Shown here piece by piece: positions 7,569 to 17,995 of a stretch of 64,000 nt of DNA (its first letter is position 1; each line of letters starts with the position of its first letter). Made by a program: the position numbers and the translations under genes. The notes below the pieces were generated by a model, which ran no database searches, was not told the origin of the DNA, and worked only from the letters and a program-made list of their open reading frames with translations. Location: IMG/VR virus record IMGVR_UViG_3300032050_000002; one strand, written 5' to 3'. The stretch comes from a virus. Lineage: Duplodnaviria > Caudoviricetes.

Positions 7569-8390
7569 ATGCAAAGAGATTATAACCTACTTAAAACTGT
7601 ATTATCAGTCCCAACCAAAACTTACCAAGAAGATATGATGGTTGAATTTTTAACCAATTGGTTAAAAGAAAATAATTTTTCATTTACCACCGATAATATG
7701 AAAAATATCTATGTTACAAAACAAACTGACAAAGATATTGAATATTTTCCTTGTGTGGTGTCTCATATTGATACGGTTCATAATATAGAACCAATTAATA
7801 TAAAAGAAGAGACATTAGTAAATGAACAAAGAAATTATAAACTAGCCTTAAAAGCTTATAACGATTTAGGTAAACCAACAGGAATTGGTGGTGATGATAA
7901 ATGCGGTGTCTATGCTTGTCTTGAATTATTAAAAGAATTACCAAACATTAAAGTCGCATTTTTTGTGTCAGAAGAAACGGGATGTCACGGTTCAAGAAAT
8001 TCGGACAAAGAATTTTTTAAAAATGTTGGTTACGCAATTCAGTTTGATGCACCAGGTAATACAATGGTTAGCGAATATTGTATGGGAGTTCAATTATTTG
8101 ATAGAGAATCCGAATTTTTTAGTTCTTGTGATAGGATATTAAATGAAAGTTTTAAAAACGCTCCAAGATATCAATCACATCCTTATACCGATGTTTACGC
8201 CTTAAAATCATTGTTCGATTTTTCTTGTATTAATTTTGCTATTGGATATTACAATTATCATACAAGAAATGAATACGTTGTTGTTGAGGATGTCTATAAT
8301 GGAATTAGTGCCGGTAAAAAGTTAATAGAATCTTTGGGTTATAAAAAATATAAAAAAGTTACCAAAGAAAAATCAGTTTTATTTGGATAA
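7569..8390 (+). CDS. M20/M28-family zinc metallopeptidase
   Basis: SHIDTVH, GGDDKCG, SEETG, QFD and late H motifs of clan MH peptidases. Confidence 0.85.
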   Translation: MQRDYNLLKTVLSVPTKTYQEDMMVEFLTNWLKENNFSFTTDNMKNIYVTKQTDKDIEYFPCVVSHIDTVHNIEPINIKEETLVNEQRNYKLALKAYNDLGKPTGIGGDDKCGVYACLELLKELPNIKVAFFVSEETGCHGSRNSDKEFFKNVGYAIQFDAPGNTMVSEYCMGVQLFDRESEFFSSCDRILNESFKNAPRYQSHPYTDVYALKSLFDFSCINFAIGYYNYHTRNEYVVVEDVYNGISAGKKLIESLGYKKYKKVTKEKSVLFG

Positions 8391-8417
8391 AAAAAAGGGA
8401 GATTATTCTCCCTTTTT
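8391..8417. terminator. Bidirectional terminator overlapping the clpC 3' end
   Basis: aaaaaagggaga-tta-ttctcccttttt. Confidence 0.75.
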
Positions 8418-10439
8418 CTTTTTAGTCTTCTTTTGTTTTCTTTCTTTTATCTTAATGTCCTTTTCTTCGACATATAATTCATACTCCACATTATCCTCAA
8501 TGTTTCCCTTTAACACTTCCTCAGAAATGTAATCTTCAATCTTATCTTGGATTGCTCTCTTTAGTGGTCTCGCTCCGTACATCTCATCAAAACCAACCTC
8601 AGAAATTAAATTGATAATTGATGGGTCGTATACAAATTTATATTTTAATGTTTCTAATCTATTAAATAATTTATCCAATTCTATTTTAACAATCTTATCA
8701 ATATCTTCTTTAACTAATTTGTTAAATATGATAATCTCATCAACTCTATTTAAAAACTCAGGAGCGAAAAACTTCTGCAATTCTTTTTTAAGAATATCTC
8801 GTTTGTGTTCTTCTTCAACATAGGTGGATGATTTTGATTTAAATCCAACACCAGAACCAAACTCTTGTAATTTCTTAACACCTAAATTTGATGTCATAAT
8901 GATTACACAATTCTTAAAATTAATTTTTCTACCTAATCCATCAGTAATATGACCATCATCTAAAACTTGTAAAAGGGTTGAGAATATATCTTTGTTTGCT
9001 TTCTCAATTTCATCAAATAAGATAACTGAGTATGGTTTATTTTTAACTTGTTCTGTTAATTGACCGCCTTCATCATAACCAACGTAACCCGGAGGTGCCC
9101 CAATTAATCTTGATATTGTGTGTTTCTCTTGGAACTCAGACATATCAACTCTGATTAAATTATCTTCACTTCCAAATATTTCTTTAGCCAATTGTTTTGC
9201 TAAATATGTTTTACCAACACCTGTCGAACCTAAGAAGATAAATGAACCGATTGGTTTATTTGGGTCTTTAATTCCTAATCTATTTCTTCTAATTGATTTA
9301 ACAATTTTATTTACCGCTTCATTTTGACCAACAACTTTACTATTAATAACTTCAGCAAGATTTGTTAAAGTTTTGGTTTCATCAGAGTTTATTTTAGATA
9401 AAGGTATCTTTGTCATATTAGATACTACTTCATATACTAAATCCTCAGTTACTTCTTTCTTTTTAATTTGTAATTCAGTTTCAAATTTCTTCTTTTCTGA
9501 TTCTAACTTATCAAGAATCTTTCTTTCTTTATCTCTTAGTGATGCCGCCAATTCATAATTTTGTTGTTTAACCACATCAAGTTTTTCTTTCTTAACATCC
9601 AAAGCATCTTGTTTTAGTTTTTCAATAACTTCTGGCATTTTAATCTCAACCTGACTTCTTGCCCCAACCTCATCAATAATATCAAACGCTTTATCAGGAA
9701 ATTCTCTATCCGTAATATATCTTTCCGCCATATCAACACATAATTTTAGAATCTCACTTGAATAGATTACGTTATGATAACTTTCATATTTTTCTTTAGC
9801 ATTTTCTAATATCTGTAACGTCTCTTGTTTTGTCGCCGCGTCAACAATAACTTTTTGGAATCTTCTTTCTAAAGCACCATCTTTTTCAAAGTTTTTACGA
9901 TACTCATCTAAGGTCGTAGCACCAATACATTGTATTTCTCCTCTCGCTAATGCGGGTTTAAATATGTTAGACGCATCAAGAGAACCTGAAGAATTACCCG
10001 CTCCAACGATTGTATGAATTTCATCAATAAAAACAATAATGTTAGGGTTAGATTGAAGTTCTTCAATTATAACTTTCATCCTTTCTTCAAATTGTCCTCG
10101 GTATTTTGTTCCCGCAACAACAGAAGTCATATCAAGTAATACAATCTTTTTATCCATTAAGTTTCTTGGACATTCCCCATTGAATATCTTTATAGCCAAT
10201 CCTTCAACAATTGCGGTTTTACCACAACCAGGTTCACCAATAATAATAGGGTTATTTTTCTTTCTTCTTGAAAGAATTTGAGCAATCCTTGAGATTTCTC
10301 TATCTCTACCGATTACAGGGTCTAACTTACCTTCCTCGGCAAGTTTAATTAAATTTCTACTGAAGTTATCAAGAACCGGAGTATTTGATTGGTCTTCCGA
10401 TTTATTCTTTTTTCCTCCACTGTCTGCTGATTCAATCAT
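8403..10439 (-). CDS. clpC: ClpC-type Hsp100 AAA+ unfoldase lacking the N-terminal Clp_N domain
   Basis: Two AAA modules ([14 protein letters not shown]; [15 protein letters not shown]), UVR-type middle domain [11 protein letters not shown]; starts directly at LDNFSRNL. Confidence 0.92.
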   Translation of the reverse strand: MIESADSGGKKNKSEDQSNTPVLDNFSRNLIKLAEEGKLDPVIGRDREISRIAQILSRRKKNNPIIIGEPGCGKTAIVEGLAIKIFNGECPRNLMDKKIVLLDMTSVVAGTKYRGQFEERMKVIIEELQSNPNIIVFIDEIHTIVGAGNSSGSLDASNIFKPALARGEIQCIGATTLDEYRKNFEKDGALERRFQKVIVDAATKQETLQILENAKEKYESYHNVIYSSEILKLCVDMAERYITDREFPDKAFDIIDEVGARSQVEIKMPEVIEKLKQDALDVKKEKLDVVKQQNYELAASLRDKERKILDKLESEKKKFETELQIKKKEVTEDLVYEVVSNMTKIPLSKINSDETKTLTNLAEVINSKVVGQNEAVNKIVKSIRRNRLGIKDPNKPIGSFIFLGSTGVGKTYLAKQLAKEIFGSEDNLIRVDMSEFQEKHTISRLIGAPPGYVGYDEGGQLTEQVKNKPYSVILFDEIEKANKDIFSTLLQVLDDGHITDGLGRKINFKNCVIIMTSNLGVKKLQEFGSGVGFKSKSSTYVEEEHKRDILKKELQKFFAPEFLNRVDEIIIFNKLVKEDIDKIVKIELDKLFNRLETLKYKFVYDPSIINLISEVGFDEMYGARPLKRAIQDKIEDYISEEVLKGNIEDNVEYELYVEEKDIKIKERKQKKTKKKKGE

Positions 10440-10608
10440 AGTTAGTTGTTTTTAAAAAATATATGAAATTTATTTTAATATTCAACTATTGATATAATGT
10501 CATAAATAAAAAACAATACTGACAATTTGTCACAAATATTTACAAAGAATATATTTTGGTACATATTTAGATATGGGTGAAAAAAATAAACAAAAAAATA
10601 AAAACAAA

Positions 10609-11058
10609 ATGAAAAATTTTAATTACTTTAAAAATTTTGATGAATTAATGAGAGAACTTTTAAATGAGTCGATTAACTACGAATTCCCTTCTAAGTATTT
10701 TGCGGGTAAAACAAAAACTGAAAAAGGAACTGATGAAAATGGTGAATGGGTACAAACAACTTACGTATCTCCTGACGGAAGTTATTCTTACACTAACTTT
10801 GTTAGAGTTGGTAACTCCACTAAAAAAACAGAATCAAAAACAAATTCTAAAACAACTGAATTACAAAAACAATTAAGTAAAGCTGTAGAGGAACAAAACT
10901 ACGAAGAGGCGGTTAAATTAAGAGATAAAATTAGAAAAATTGAAGGTCATAAAGAAAAAATTGATTCTTTAAGGTCTGAGTTAGATTTAGCGGTTAAAAA
11001 CCAAGATTACGAAAAAGCAATCGAATTAAGAGATGAGATTAAAAAATTAGAAAAATAA
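10609..11058 (+). CDS. Protein with two UvrB/UvrC (UVR) coiled-coil motifs; McsA-like putative Clp adaptor
   Basis: LSKAVEEQNYEEAVKLRDKI and LDLAVKNQDYEKAIELRDEI; divergent from clpC; start may alternatively be 10573. Confidence 0.8.
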   Translation: MKNFNYFKNFDELMRELLNESINYEFPSKYFAGKTKTEKGTDENGEWVQTTYVSPDGSYSYTNFVRVGNSTKKTESKTNSKTTELQKQLSKAVEEQNYEEAVKLRDKIRKIEGHKEKIDSLRSELDLAVKNQDYEKAIELRDEIKKLEK

Positions 11059-11063
11059 TCAAA

Positions 11064-11096
11064 TAAACCCTCGACAAAAATCGGGGGTTTTTTATT
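11064..11096 (+). terminator. Intrinsic terminator
   Basis: aaaccctcga-caaaaa-tcgggggtttttt. Confidence 0.75.
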
Positions 11097-11113
11097 TTTA
11101 ATTAAAAAAAGTT

Positions 11114-11356
11114 ATGGCAATATTAAAAGAAGAAATTAATGGAACAAAAATTATTAATGAAATTCAATCATCTAATATTAGAAAAACCGAATACGATACG
11201 GAAAATAAAACATTATTAGTTGAGTTTAATAATGGTATGAAATACGAGTATCAAGAAGTTCCTCATCAGTTATACACCCAATTCAGAATGTCAGAATCTC
11301 AGGGTAAATTCTTTAGCTCAAAAATTGCAAAAACATTTAAATACAAGAAAATATGA
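11114..11356 (+). CDS. KTSC domain protein
   Basis: IQSSNIRKTEYD...LLVEFNNG..YEY..VP..Y..F....S.GKFF pattern. Confidence 0.88.
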   Translation: MAILKEEINGTKIINEIQSSNIRKTEYDTENKTLLVEFNNGMKYEYQEVPHQLYTQFRMSESQGKFFSSKIAKTFKYKKI

Positions 11357-11387
11357 TAAATCCTTATTTAAGAATATTTATTTAATT

Positions 11388-13664
11388 ATGGATAATCTTA
11401 AAAGCATTTTATCAAGTTTTAAATTAAAAAATGAACTAAACTCTAAAGTTTGGGAAAAATCCAAAAAAGAAGGATATACATTAAACCCAAAAGTTAGAAC
11501 TAACCTATTAGAAATATCTTACGATTTTATTGAGTCTTTAAAAGTTGATGTTGTTATCAGTGATATAATAATGACAGGTTCTTTGGCTAATTATAATTGG
11601 TCGAACTATTCAGATATTGATTTACATATTATTGCGGATTTCGGACAATTTTCAAAAAACGTGAGGTCTTTATACGAAGAATTATTTAGACTAAAAAAGA
11701 CGGTTTACGGAGCGAAACACGATATTAAAATATTTGGTTATGACGTTGAATTGTACGTTGAGGACGAATCAATAGCTAGAGATGTTAAAGGAGCGGGAAG
11801 GTATTCAATTTTGCATAATGAATGGACCGTAAAACCACCTAAAGAATCGTTCAAAATAAGAGAAAAAGATATTAAAGAAAAGGCTAAAAAATGGATGAAA
11901 ATAATTGATGGTGTTGAAGAAACTATTCAAGATGAGGATATTGAGTCAGCTAAAAAATTATTAAAAAAATATACTGAAAAAATTAGAAAATATAGAGAAT
12001 GTGGATTAGAAAAAGGTGGGGAATATTCTGATGAAAATTTAGTATTTAAAATTTTAAGAAGAAACGGTTATTTAGACAGGTTAAAAGACATGAAAAATAA
12101 ATTAATAGATAAAAAATTATCTATTAAAGAGTCGATAACTACAATTGGAGACGAATTTAAAGTTGATTTAGAAAACGGTCCCGCTAATCACGGAAAAAGG
12201 GCGTTTGGTAATTGGCAATCAGACAATGCTTGGGATGTTTTTGCTCCCGCCGGCACCGTAGTTAATTCATATACCGATGGAGTGGTATCTAAAGTCTACG
12301 ACAATGGTAAAAGGTCTGGTAAAGTTTTTGGAACTCAGATTAATGTAAAAGGTGAAAATGGATATCCTGATATTTTTTACACACATCTTACTAATGTTAA
12401 ACTATCTTCGGGAGATAAAGTTAATGTCGGGGATTATATTGGTGAAATTATACAATGGTGTGTGGATGAAAATTGTTCTAAAAAAATGGATGGAACTCAT
12501 GTTCATATTGGTTTACCGAGAGGAAATCATTTAAAAGATTTAATCAATGATAAGGTATTTAAAGGTGGTGATGGTAAAAATATGAAATATGAAAAACACG
12601 ATAGTTTTTTATCATCTTTATTTAGTTTATTTGGTCTTAGTGGTAAATCAAAAGATAAGAATTTTGAAAAAATTGTTGATGATGTGGGAGACTCTAAATT
12701 TTTAAAATCTATAATTGATATTATAGATTCTGATAAAATTTTAAAGAATATAAAAACTCCAAAATCAAAAATACCTTATGATAAAGATGTTGAGATTATT
12801 CAAACCGCACTACAATTTTTAGGATTTTCATTACCTAAATGGGGAGTAGACGGTTTATTTGGTCCTGAAACACAAAGAGCGGTAGAATCTTTTGAAGAAA
12901 AAAATTCATTAAAAGTGGATGGAGAATTAAATAGCAATGATTTAAAAGTTTTATTAAGTAATCTATCTGAAAAGGGATTTACTGATGAAAAACTAAGCGG
13001 TATTCAGAGAGATTCTGATTTCGTAGTTAATGGTCAAATCGATTTAAGTAAAGGAAAATTTAATGGAGAACAATTAAAAAATATAAATCTAATTATTAAT
13101 GAGCTTAATAATAAAGGTATTACAAATCCATATACTCAAGCAGGTATTTTATCCGTTATAGGTAAAGAATCTAATTTTAATACATATAAAGAAATTGGGT
13201 ATAGTAATACCTCAAATTCAAGAATACGAAATATTTTTGGTAGAAGAGTGTCTAAATATTCTGATTCTGAATTATCAAGATTAAAACAAAATGATGAAGA
13301 TTTTTTTGATGCGATGTATGGGATGAATTCAGGTATGAAATTAGGTAACACAATGCCTGGTGACGGTTGGAGATATGTTGGTAGGGGTATGAATGGACTT
13401 ACGGGTAGAGCAAATTATAGAAAATATGGTAATATGATAGGAGTTGATTTAGAATCTAACCCCGAAAAAGTAGAAGACCCTGAAATTGCTGCAAAGGTGG
13501 CGGTTGCGTTTTTTACAAAAAATAAACCACCTCAAAGTATTCCTAATTTTGAGAACAAACAAGACGCAGTTAACTACTTTGCGGATATTAATGCCGGGGG
13601 TCGTTCATCATTCTCAAGAGAGGCTGCCGATAAATACTCTACAAGTTTTGATGTTATTGCTTAA
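11388..13664 (+). CDS. Multidomain fusion: Pol-beta-like nucleotidyltransferase + M23-like peptidase + peptidoglycan-binding domain + GH19-like lysozyme
   Basis: GSLANYNWSNYSDIDLH/DVELYVE; YTHL..HVHIG; IQTAL..LG..VDGLFGPET..AV..FE; KES..KE..WRYVGRGMNGLTGRANY; start moved to 11388 (ATATTTAT 11374-11381). Confidence 0.85.
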   Translation: MDNLKSILSSFKLKNELNSKVWEKSKKEGYTLNPKVRTNLLEISYDFIESLKVDVVISDIIMTGSLANYNWSNYSDIDLHIIADFGQFSKNVRSLYEELFRLKKTVYGAKHDIKIFGYDVELYVEDESIARDVKGAGRYSILHNEWTVKPPKESFKIREKDIKEKAKKWMKIIDGVEETIQDEDIESAKKLLKKYTEKIRKYRECGLEKGGEYSDENLVFKILRRNGYLDRLKDMKNKLIDKKLSIKESITTIGDEFKVDLENGPANHGKRAFGNWQSDNAWDVFAPAGTVVNSYTDGVVSKVYDNGKRSGKVFGTQINVKGENGYPDIFYTHLTNVKLSSGDKVNVGDYIGEIIQWCVDENCSKKMDGTHVHIGLPRGNHLKDLINDKVFKGGDGKNMKYEKHDSFLSSLFSLFGLSGKSKDKNFEKIVDDVGDSKFLKSIIDIIDSDKILKNIKTPKSKIPYDKDVEIIQTALQFLGFSLPKWGVDGLFGPETQRAVESFEEKNSLKVDGELNSNDLKVLLSNLSEKGFTDEKLSGIQRDSDFVVNGQIDLSKGKFNGEQLKNINLIINELNNKGITNPYTQAGILSVIGKESNFNTYKEIGYSNTSNSRIRNIFGRRVSKYSDSELSRLKQNDEDFFDAMYGMNSGMKLGNTMPGDGWRYVGRGMNGLTGRANYRKYGNMIGVDLESNPEKVEDPEIAAKVAVAFFTKNKPPQSIPNFENKQDAVNYFADINAGGRSSFSREAADKYSTSFDVIA

Positions 13665-13730
13665 CTAATTAAAACATTTTATGTATGTTGTATATTTATA
13701 TAATAAAATAATTTTTTAAAAAAATAAAAA

Positions 13731-14984
13731 ATGGGAAATTTAAAACCAATTGGAAGTGAAAAACTTCAAGGTATGGATAAAATTAATAGAATTCTTGAAA
13801 TTGCAAGATATAAGGAAAATAAACCAAACCCTATTAATGAGGATAAATCTATTGAATATCGTAAAACTTTAAGTGATAATAACAATTATCAAATCGTTAA
13901 AGAAAAAAACGGATACGTTATCACTAAAGCAATTAATGAATCTGAGTTTGAATATATTGAACCTATGAAAAATAGAAAATATTATTCTTCGTATTCACAA
14001 GCAATGAAAAGATTAAATTTAATTGCTAAAGAAGTTAATACTAATGTAGGTTACGATAAAAATGTTTCTCTTTTTTACGAAAGTGATAATAATGAAACAA
14101 AATTTTACTTAAAAGTAAATGCTAATGAGCAAGCACCTCCTGCACCAGCACCTGCACCCGCTCCAGCACCTGCACCCGCTCCTGAACCTATGCCTGAACC
14201 ATCACCTGAAGAAACTCCAACTGATGAATTACCTGAACCTGAAATGGATACAGATACTACTCCTGAAGATGATACAGATAAAGAAGAGGTTGTTACATTT
14301 AAAACAATACAAAAATTAACAGGTAAATTAGCACAAAAAATAAGAACGTTAGCTTCTGATGAAGAAAATCCTATGTCTTCAAAAGACATAAAATATGTTA
14401 TAAATTCAATTTTATCCGCACTTGATTTAAATTCTTTAGAACCTGAAGATAAAGAGCAAATTATGGCAAAATTTGAAGGTGAGGAAGATATGGATAATGT
14501 TGGAGGTGATGAGGAATCATCAGTTCCTGATGAGGAAATGCCGGAACCTGAAGAAGTGTCTGCAGAAGCTCCACCAGCTCCTGAAGGAGAAATGAGTGAA
14601 GAATTTGATGAAGACTATACTATGAGAGGTGCTAGAAAAAGAAGAAAAAAAATTCATCCTGATTTAACTGATGAAGAATCTGATGCTATGTCAGAAATGG
14701 TAGAAAGTTTATTTTCTGAATCAAAAGTTGATAGTATTTTAAAAAGTTATTTCAAATACGATAAAAAAGAAAAAGAAGTTATTAAAGAACAAAAAGAAAA
14801 CAAAAAAGAAATAAAAAATAAAATAAAAACTATTTCTGAAAATGTTGTTCAAGAAGTTGCAACTTTAAAATTTATCGAAAAAAATCCAAAAGCAAAATTA
14901 GTTGGTAAAACTTTAAATAAAACAATAGTATTTGAACAAAATAATAAAAGATATTTAATTACTCCAAAGGGACAAGTTAAGTGA
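13731..14984 (+). CDS. Hypothetical virion-associated protein with (PA)n and acidic low-complexity linkers
   Basis: 417-aa ORF; INE/MSE/ISE motifs; upstream ATATTTAT 13692-13699. Confidence 0.7.
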   Translation: MGNLKPIGSEKLQGMDKINRILEIARYKENKPNPINEDKSIEYRKTLSDNNNYQIVKEKNGYVITKAINESEFEYIEPMKNRKYYSSYSQAMKRLNLIAKEVNTNVGYDKNVSLFYESDNNETKFYLKVNANEQAPPAPAPAPAPAPAPAPEPMPEPSPEETPTDELPEPEMDTDTTPEDDTDKEEVVTFKTIQKLTGKLAQKIRTLASDEENPMSSKDIKYVINSILSALDLNSLEPEDKEQIMAKFEGEEDMDNVGGDEESSVPDEEMPEPEEVSAEAPPAPEGEMSEEFDEDYTMRGARKRRKKIHPDLTDEESDAMSEMVESLFSESKVDSILKSYFKYDKKEKEVIKEQKENKKEIKNKIKTISENVVQEVATLKFIEKNPKAKLVGKTLNKTIVFEQNNKRYLITPKGQVK

Positions 14985-15391
14985 ATTATTTAATTTACAT
15001 AAATGAATTAGGTCCTAACTATAAAGGAGATAATATATATGAATTTATTTTTTCTGATACGTTAGAAAATATTTGGGGAGACTCTTGGGAGTCAAAACCC
15101 GCCAATGATTATCCACAACCGCCTGAATTAAATTTTGTAAAAAAAGTTGGGATATTAAAAAATAATTTAGTATCTTTGTCTGTGATTCAAAAATCGGATT
15201 ACTTCTCAATGATTGACGCTATGGATGACGTAATTGCATTAGGATGGGAAAACGAATCTGATAGTATAAATTTTGACATTGATAAAAGATTAGTTTTTAG
15301 GTTTGGAGAAACAGAAGAAACTGTTAAAAATAAACTATACGAAAGAGATTTAATTCTCGAATTTGAAAAAAACGTTGTATATGAAAACTAA
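14981..15391 (+). CDS. Hypothetical protein (GTG start)
   Basis: 136-aa ORF overlapping the upstream stop. Confidence 0.65.
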   Translation: MNYLIYINELGPNYKGDNIYEFIFSDTLENIWGDSWESKPANDYPQPPELNFVKKVGILKNNLVSLSVIQKSDYFSMIDAMDDVIALGWENESDSINFDIDKRLVFRFGETEETVKNKLYERDLILEFEKNVVYEN

Positions 15392-16292
15392 ACAAAAAAT
15401 GTTAAAATTAATGGAGTATGGTTTAAAACCAAAAACTTTATCAGATTTGTCAGAGTCTCAAATTAATTCATTATATTTGCGATTAATGGAGACAAAGAAA
15501 GAAAATAAAGAAGAAACAAAAACTGAAGTTACTAATTTAACTTTTGACCCTGGAAACAATGGTGACCAACAAAAATTAGCTCAAAAAGGTATACACGTTG
15601 ACCCCACAACTAAAAAAATTACAATGACAACATCGTCAACAGGTGCAATTACTGAAAAGGAGTTGGATGAGTCCTTTGAATCCAAAAAAAAACAAAAACA
15701 TTTCTACTCAAAATGTGGAGATGGAAAAACAAAAGAACAAAAAAAATGGTGTAAAATGGCAAAAGAATTTTCAGACAAAACAAATTTTAAAAAGTTACCA
15801 GAAAAAAAGAAAGAAACTAAAGAAAGTAGTAACTATCAAAATATTGTAAAAAATACCGCGGCACAACTATATAAAAATAATCTTGGTAAAACACTTTCAC
15901 CTCAATTTGAGAGTAAATTAGAGAAGCAAATAACAAAATTATTGGAGGACAACATGAATCCAAAAATGTCTAAAAGAGATTTTATAAAATTGATTTTTGA
16001 AATGGATTACCCGGGAACTAAAGAAAAAGAACCGGACACAAAACCTGTTACAGAACCAACACCTGATATTGATTATGACCCATTTAATGACCCAGACCCG
16101 GATGCCCCTGAAGCAAGAAGTCCTTTAGAGGCTCCACCAAAACCTGATACAAAACCAAAACCTGTTACAGAACCAACACCTGATATTGATTATGACCCAT
16201 TTAATGACCCAGACCCGGATGCCCCTGAAGCAAGAGGAGGAGGATTTTCAATGTTTATGAAACAAGTAATGAATAAAGGAATGTTAAAATAA
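15381..16292 (+). CDS. Hypothetical protein with duplicated 26-aa acidic Pro-rich segment
   Basis: Start moved to ATG 15381; KPVTEPTPDIDYDPFNDPDPDAPEAR x2; small Cys pair KCG...WC. Confidence 0.7.
   Translation: MKTKQKMLKLMEYGLKPKTLSDLSESQINSLYLRLMETKKENKEETKTEVTNLTFDPGNNGDQQKLAQKGIHVDPTTKKITMTTSSTGAITEKELDESFESKKKQKHFYSKCGDGKTKEQKKWCKMAKEFSDKTNFKKLPEKKKETKESSNYQNIVKNTAAQLYKNNLGKTLSPQFESKLEKQITKLLEDNMNPKMSKRDFIKLIFEMDYPGTKEKEPDTKPVTEPTPDIDYDPFNDPDPDAPEARSPLEAPPKPDTKPKPVTEPTPDIDYDPFNDPDPDAPEARGGGFSMFMKQVMNKGMLK
16040..16235 (+). repeat. Exact 79-bp direct duplication (16040-16118 and 16157-16235)
   Basis: aaaacctgttacagaacc...cctgaagcaaga occurs twice, period 117 bp. Confidence 0.9.
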
Positions 16293-16299
16293 TATACAA

Positions 16300-17919
16300 A
16301 TGAGTTTAAATCACAGAATAGAAAAAATATTAAAAGTTAAAAACAATCTTGATAATAAATTAATCAATGAAGGTTTAACAAAAAAAGAAAAAAATCTTTT
16401 AGATAAAATTAATGTTCTTACGGAAGACGCGATGTCATTTGACCCTGAAAGTCTTGGCGGAGCAAGACCAAGTAGAACTTTACAATCAAAAATTGAAAGG
16501 GGTGAATTACCTCTTAGTAAATTTGGTTTAACTCAAGCTCAAGTAGATTTTTTTACTTCTGAAGCATTTAAAGATTCGGTTAATAGATTAGAAGAATTAT
16601 TAGGTAGAAGTTCAGGTGTTAGTCGTAGTTTAACAATCGCGAATAGAAATCTTAAAACTGATGCAAGAACCGCGTTTAGTACTTTTATGGGTGTTGTTGG
16701 TGAGTTAATGGGAGAACTGATGTCTTTACAAATGGCAAACAAAGAAGAACTTGAACAGATTGCAACGGAATCTGTTGAGAAAGCTATGGGTATTGATAGA
16801 GAATTTTTTGATAAAAAATTAAAATTAGACGGTAAATTTACTACAGGTTTTTTATCCAAACTAAAAGGGATGAAAAACAAAATTGAAAAAATATCAGATG
16901 AGGAAATTGCAAATAAATTTGCTGATATTGACGCTGAAAAACAACAAAAAATCGAAGACTTAAAAAGAGATATTGAATCCGCCGGAGTTGAGGTTGATGA
17001 AGAAAAAGTTAAGCAGGCAGTAGAGTCAACATTTCAAATATCACCACAAACATTAGAAAAAGCAAAAAATGAATTTTCTGATGAAGTGTCGAGAAGAATG
17101 ATTATCAATATGTTTAGAAGAGGTATGTCATTGTATTATGCAAACGCGTACGATATTTGTGAAGATAAGATAAGAGAATTACCTGATGGAGATAGAATTA
17201 TAGAACTATCAAATGTTATCCAACCTATAATGTTACATATGTATTGGTTATTTGATGATATTGGAGGTGTCGGAGCAGGTGGAGGTGGTCACATTGGTCA
17301 AATTCAAGTTAAGCCACCACAATCTCAAGGTTCAGAAGAAGGAGGGTCGGATGAGGAAGAAGAGGATGAAGAACCTGAAACCCCTAAAAGACCTGAACCA
17401 CCAAAACAACAATCTAAAAGTCAGTCAGGTCCTTTTATAATTCAAGCAAGAGCGGGAACATTACCTTTACTTGTTCATGAATTAGTTAAAGGTGTTATTA
17501 TGTTCTTTACATCTGCCGGAGGTAAAGGAAGTCCTGAACAAAGACAATTAGCGAAAAAGGCATCTACGTCATTGGAAACCGAGGCTTATGATTTGGTATA
17601 TAGTGAAAAATTTTATATTGAATTTTATAAAATTTACAATAAAGTTGTAACCGATGTTACAGAACAAAGAGAATTGACTCCGTTCTTATTAAAGTTCTTG
17701 TCTGAAGAAAATAAGGATGTTCTTTTTAGACTAACAAAATCATTATTTACTTTAGGGTTAGAAGAACCTGAATTTGCGGAAATGTATATTAAAGGTATTG
17801 TTGAGAAGTCAAGAAAACTTAGAAAGAAGATGGAACAAAATCCTTCTTATGTTAAGAAAAAACAATATGGGTCAAGTGAAGATTCTGATTCAGGTTGGGA
17901 TTTTGATTTAGATATTTAA
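16300..17919 (+). CDS. Hypothetical protein (539 aa), probably head-associated
   Basis: Long ORF directly upstream of the terminase; LINE/LTE motifs near the N-terminus. Confidence 0.7.
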   Translation: MSLNHRIEKILKVKNNLDNKLINEGLTKKEKNLLDKINVLTEDAMSFDPESLGGARPSRTLQSKIERGELPLSKFGLTQAQVDFFTSEAFKDSVNRLEELLGRSSGVSRSLTIANRNLKTDARTAFSTFMGVVGELMGELMSLQMANKEELEQIATESVEKAMGIDREFFDKKLKLDGKFTTGFLSKLKGMKNKIEKISDEEIANKFADIDAEKQQKIEDLKRDIESAGVEVDEEKVKQAVESTFQISPQTLEKAKNEFSDEVSRRMIINMFRRGMSLYYANAYDICEDKIRELPDGDRIIELSNVIQPIMLHMYWLFDDIGGVGAGGGGHIGQIQVKPPQSQGSEEGGSDEEEEDEEPETPKRPEPPKQQSKSQSGPFIIQARAGTLPLLVHELVKGVIMFFTSAGGKGSPEQRQLAKKASTSLETEAYDLVYSEKFYIEFYKIYNKVVTDVTEQRELTPFLLKFLSEENKDVLFRLTKSLFTLGLEEPEFAEMYIKGIVEKSRKLRKKMEQNPSYVKKKQYGSSEDSDSGWDFDLDI

Positions 17920-17938
17920 TTAACTATTAATAATTTTA

Positions 17939-17973
17939 TTAACCCTCATTTAAGAAATTAAATGGGGGTTTTT
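17939..17973 (+). terminator. Intrinsic terminator
   Basis: aaccctcattta-agaaat-taaatgggggttttt. Confidence 0.7.
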
Positions 17974-17995
17974 AGTATTTATATAAAAATGATTT

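Noticed and set aside
8403-10439. clpC, ssrA, cysC and rpsU as evidence of host chromosome or a chimeric assembly
   Set aside because: They share composition, start-region style and motif usage with the flanking phage genes and are interleaved with virion genes
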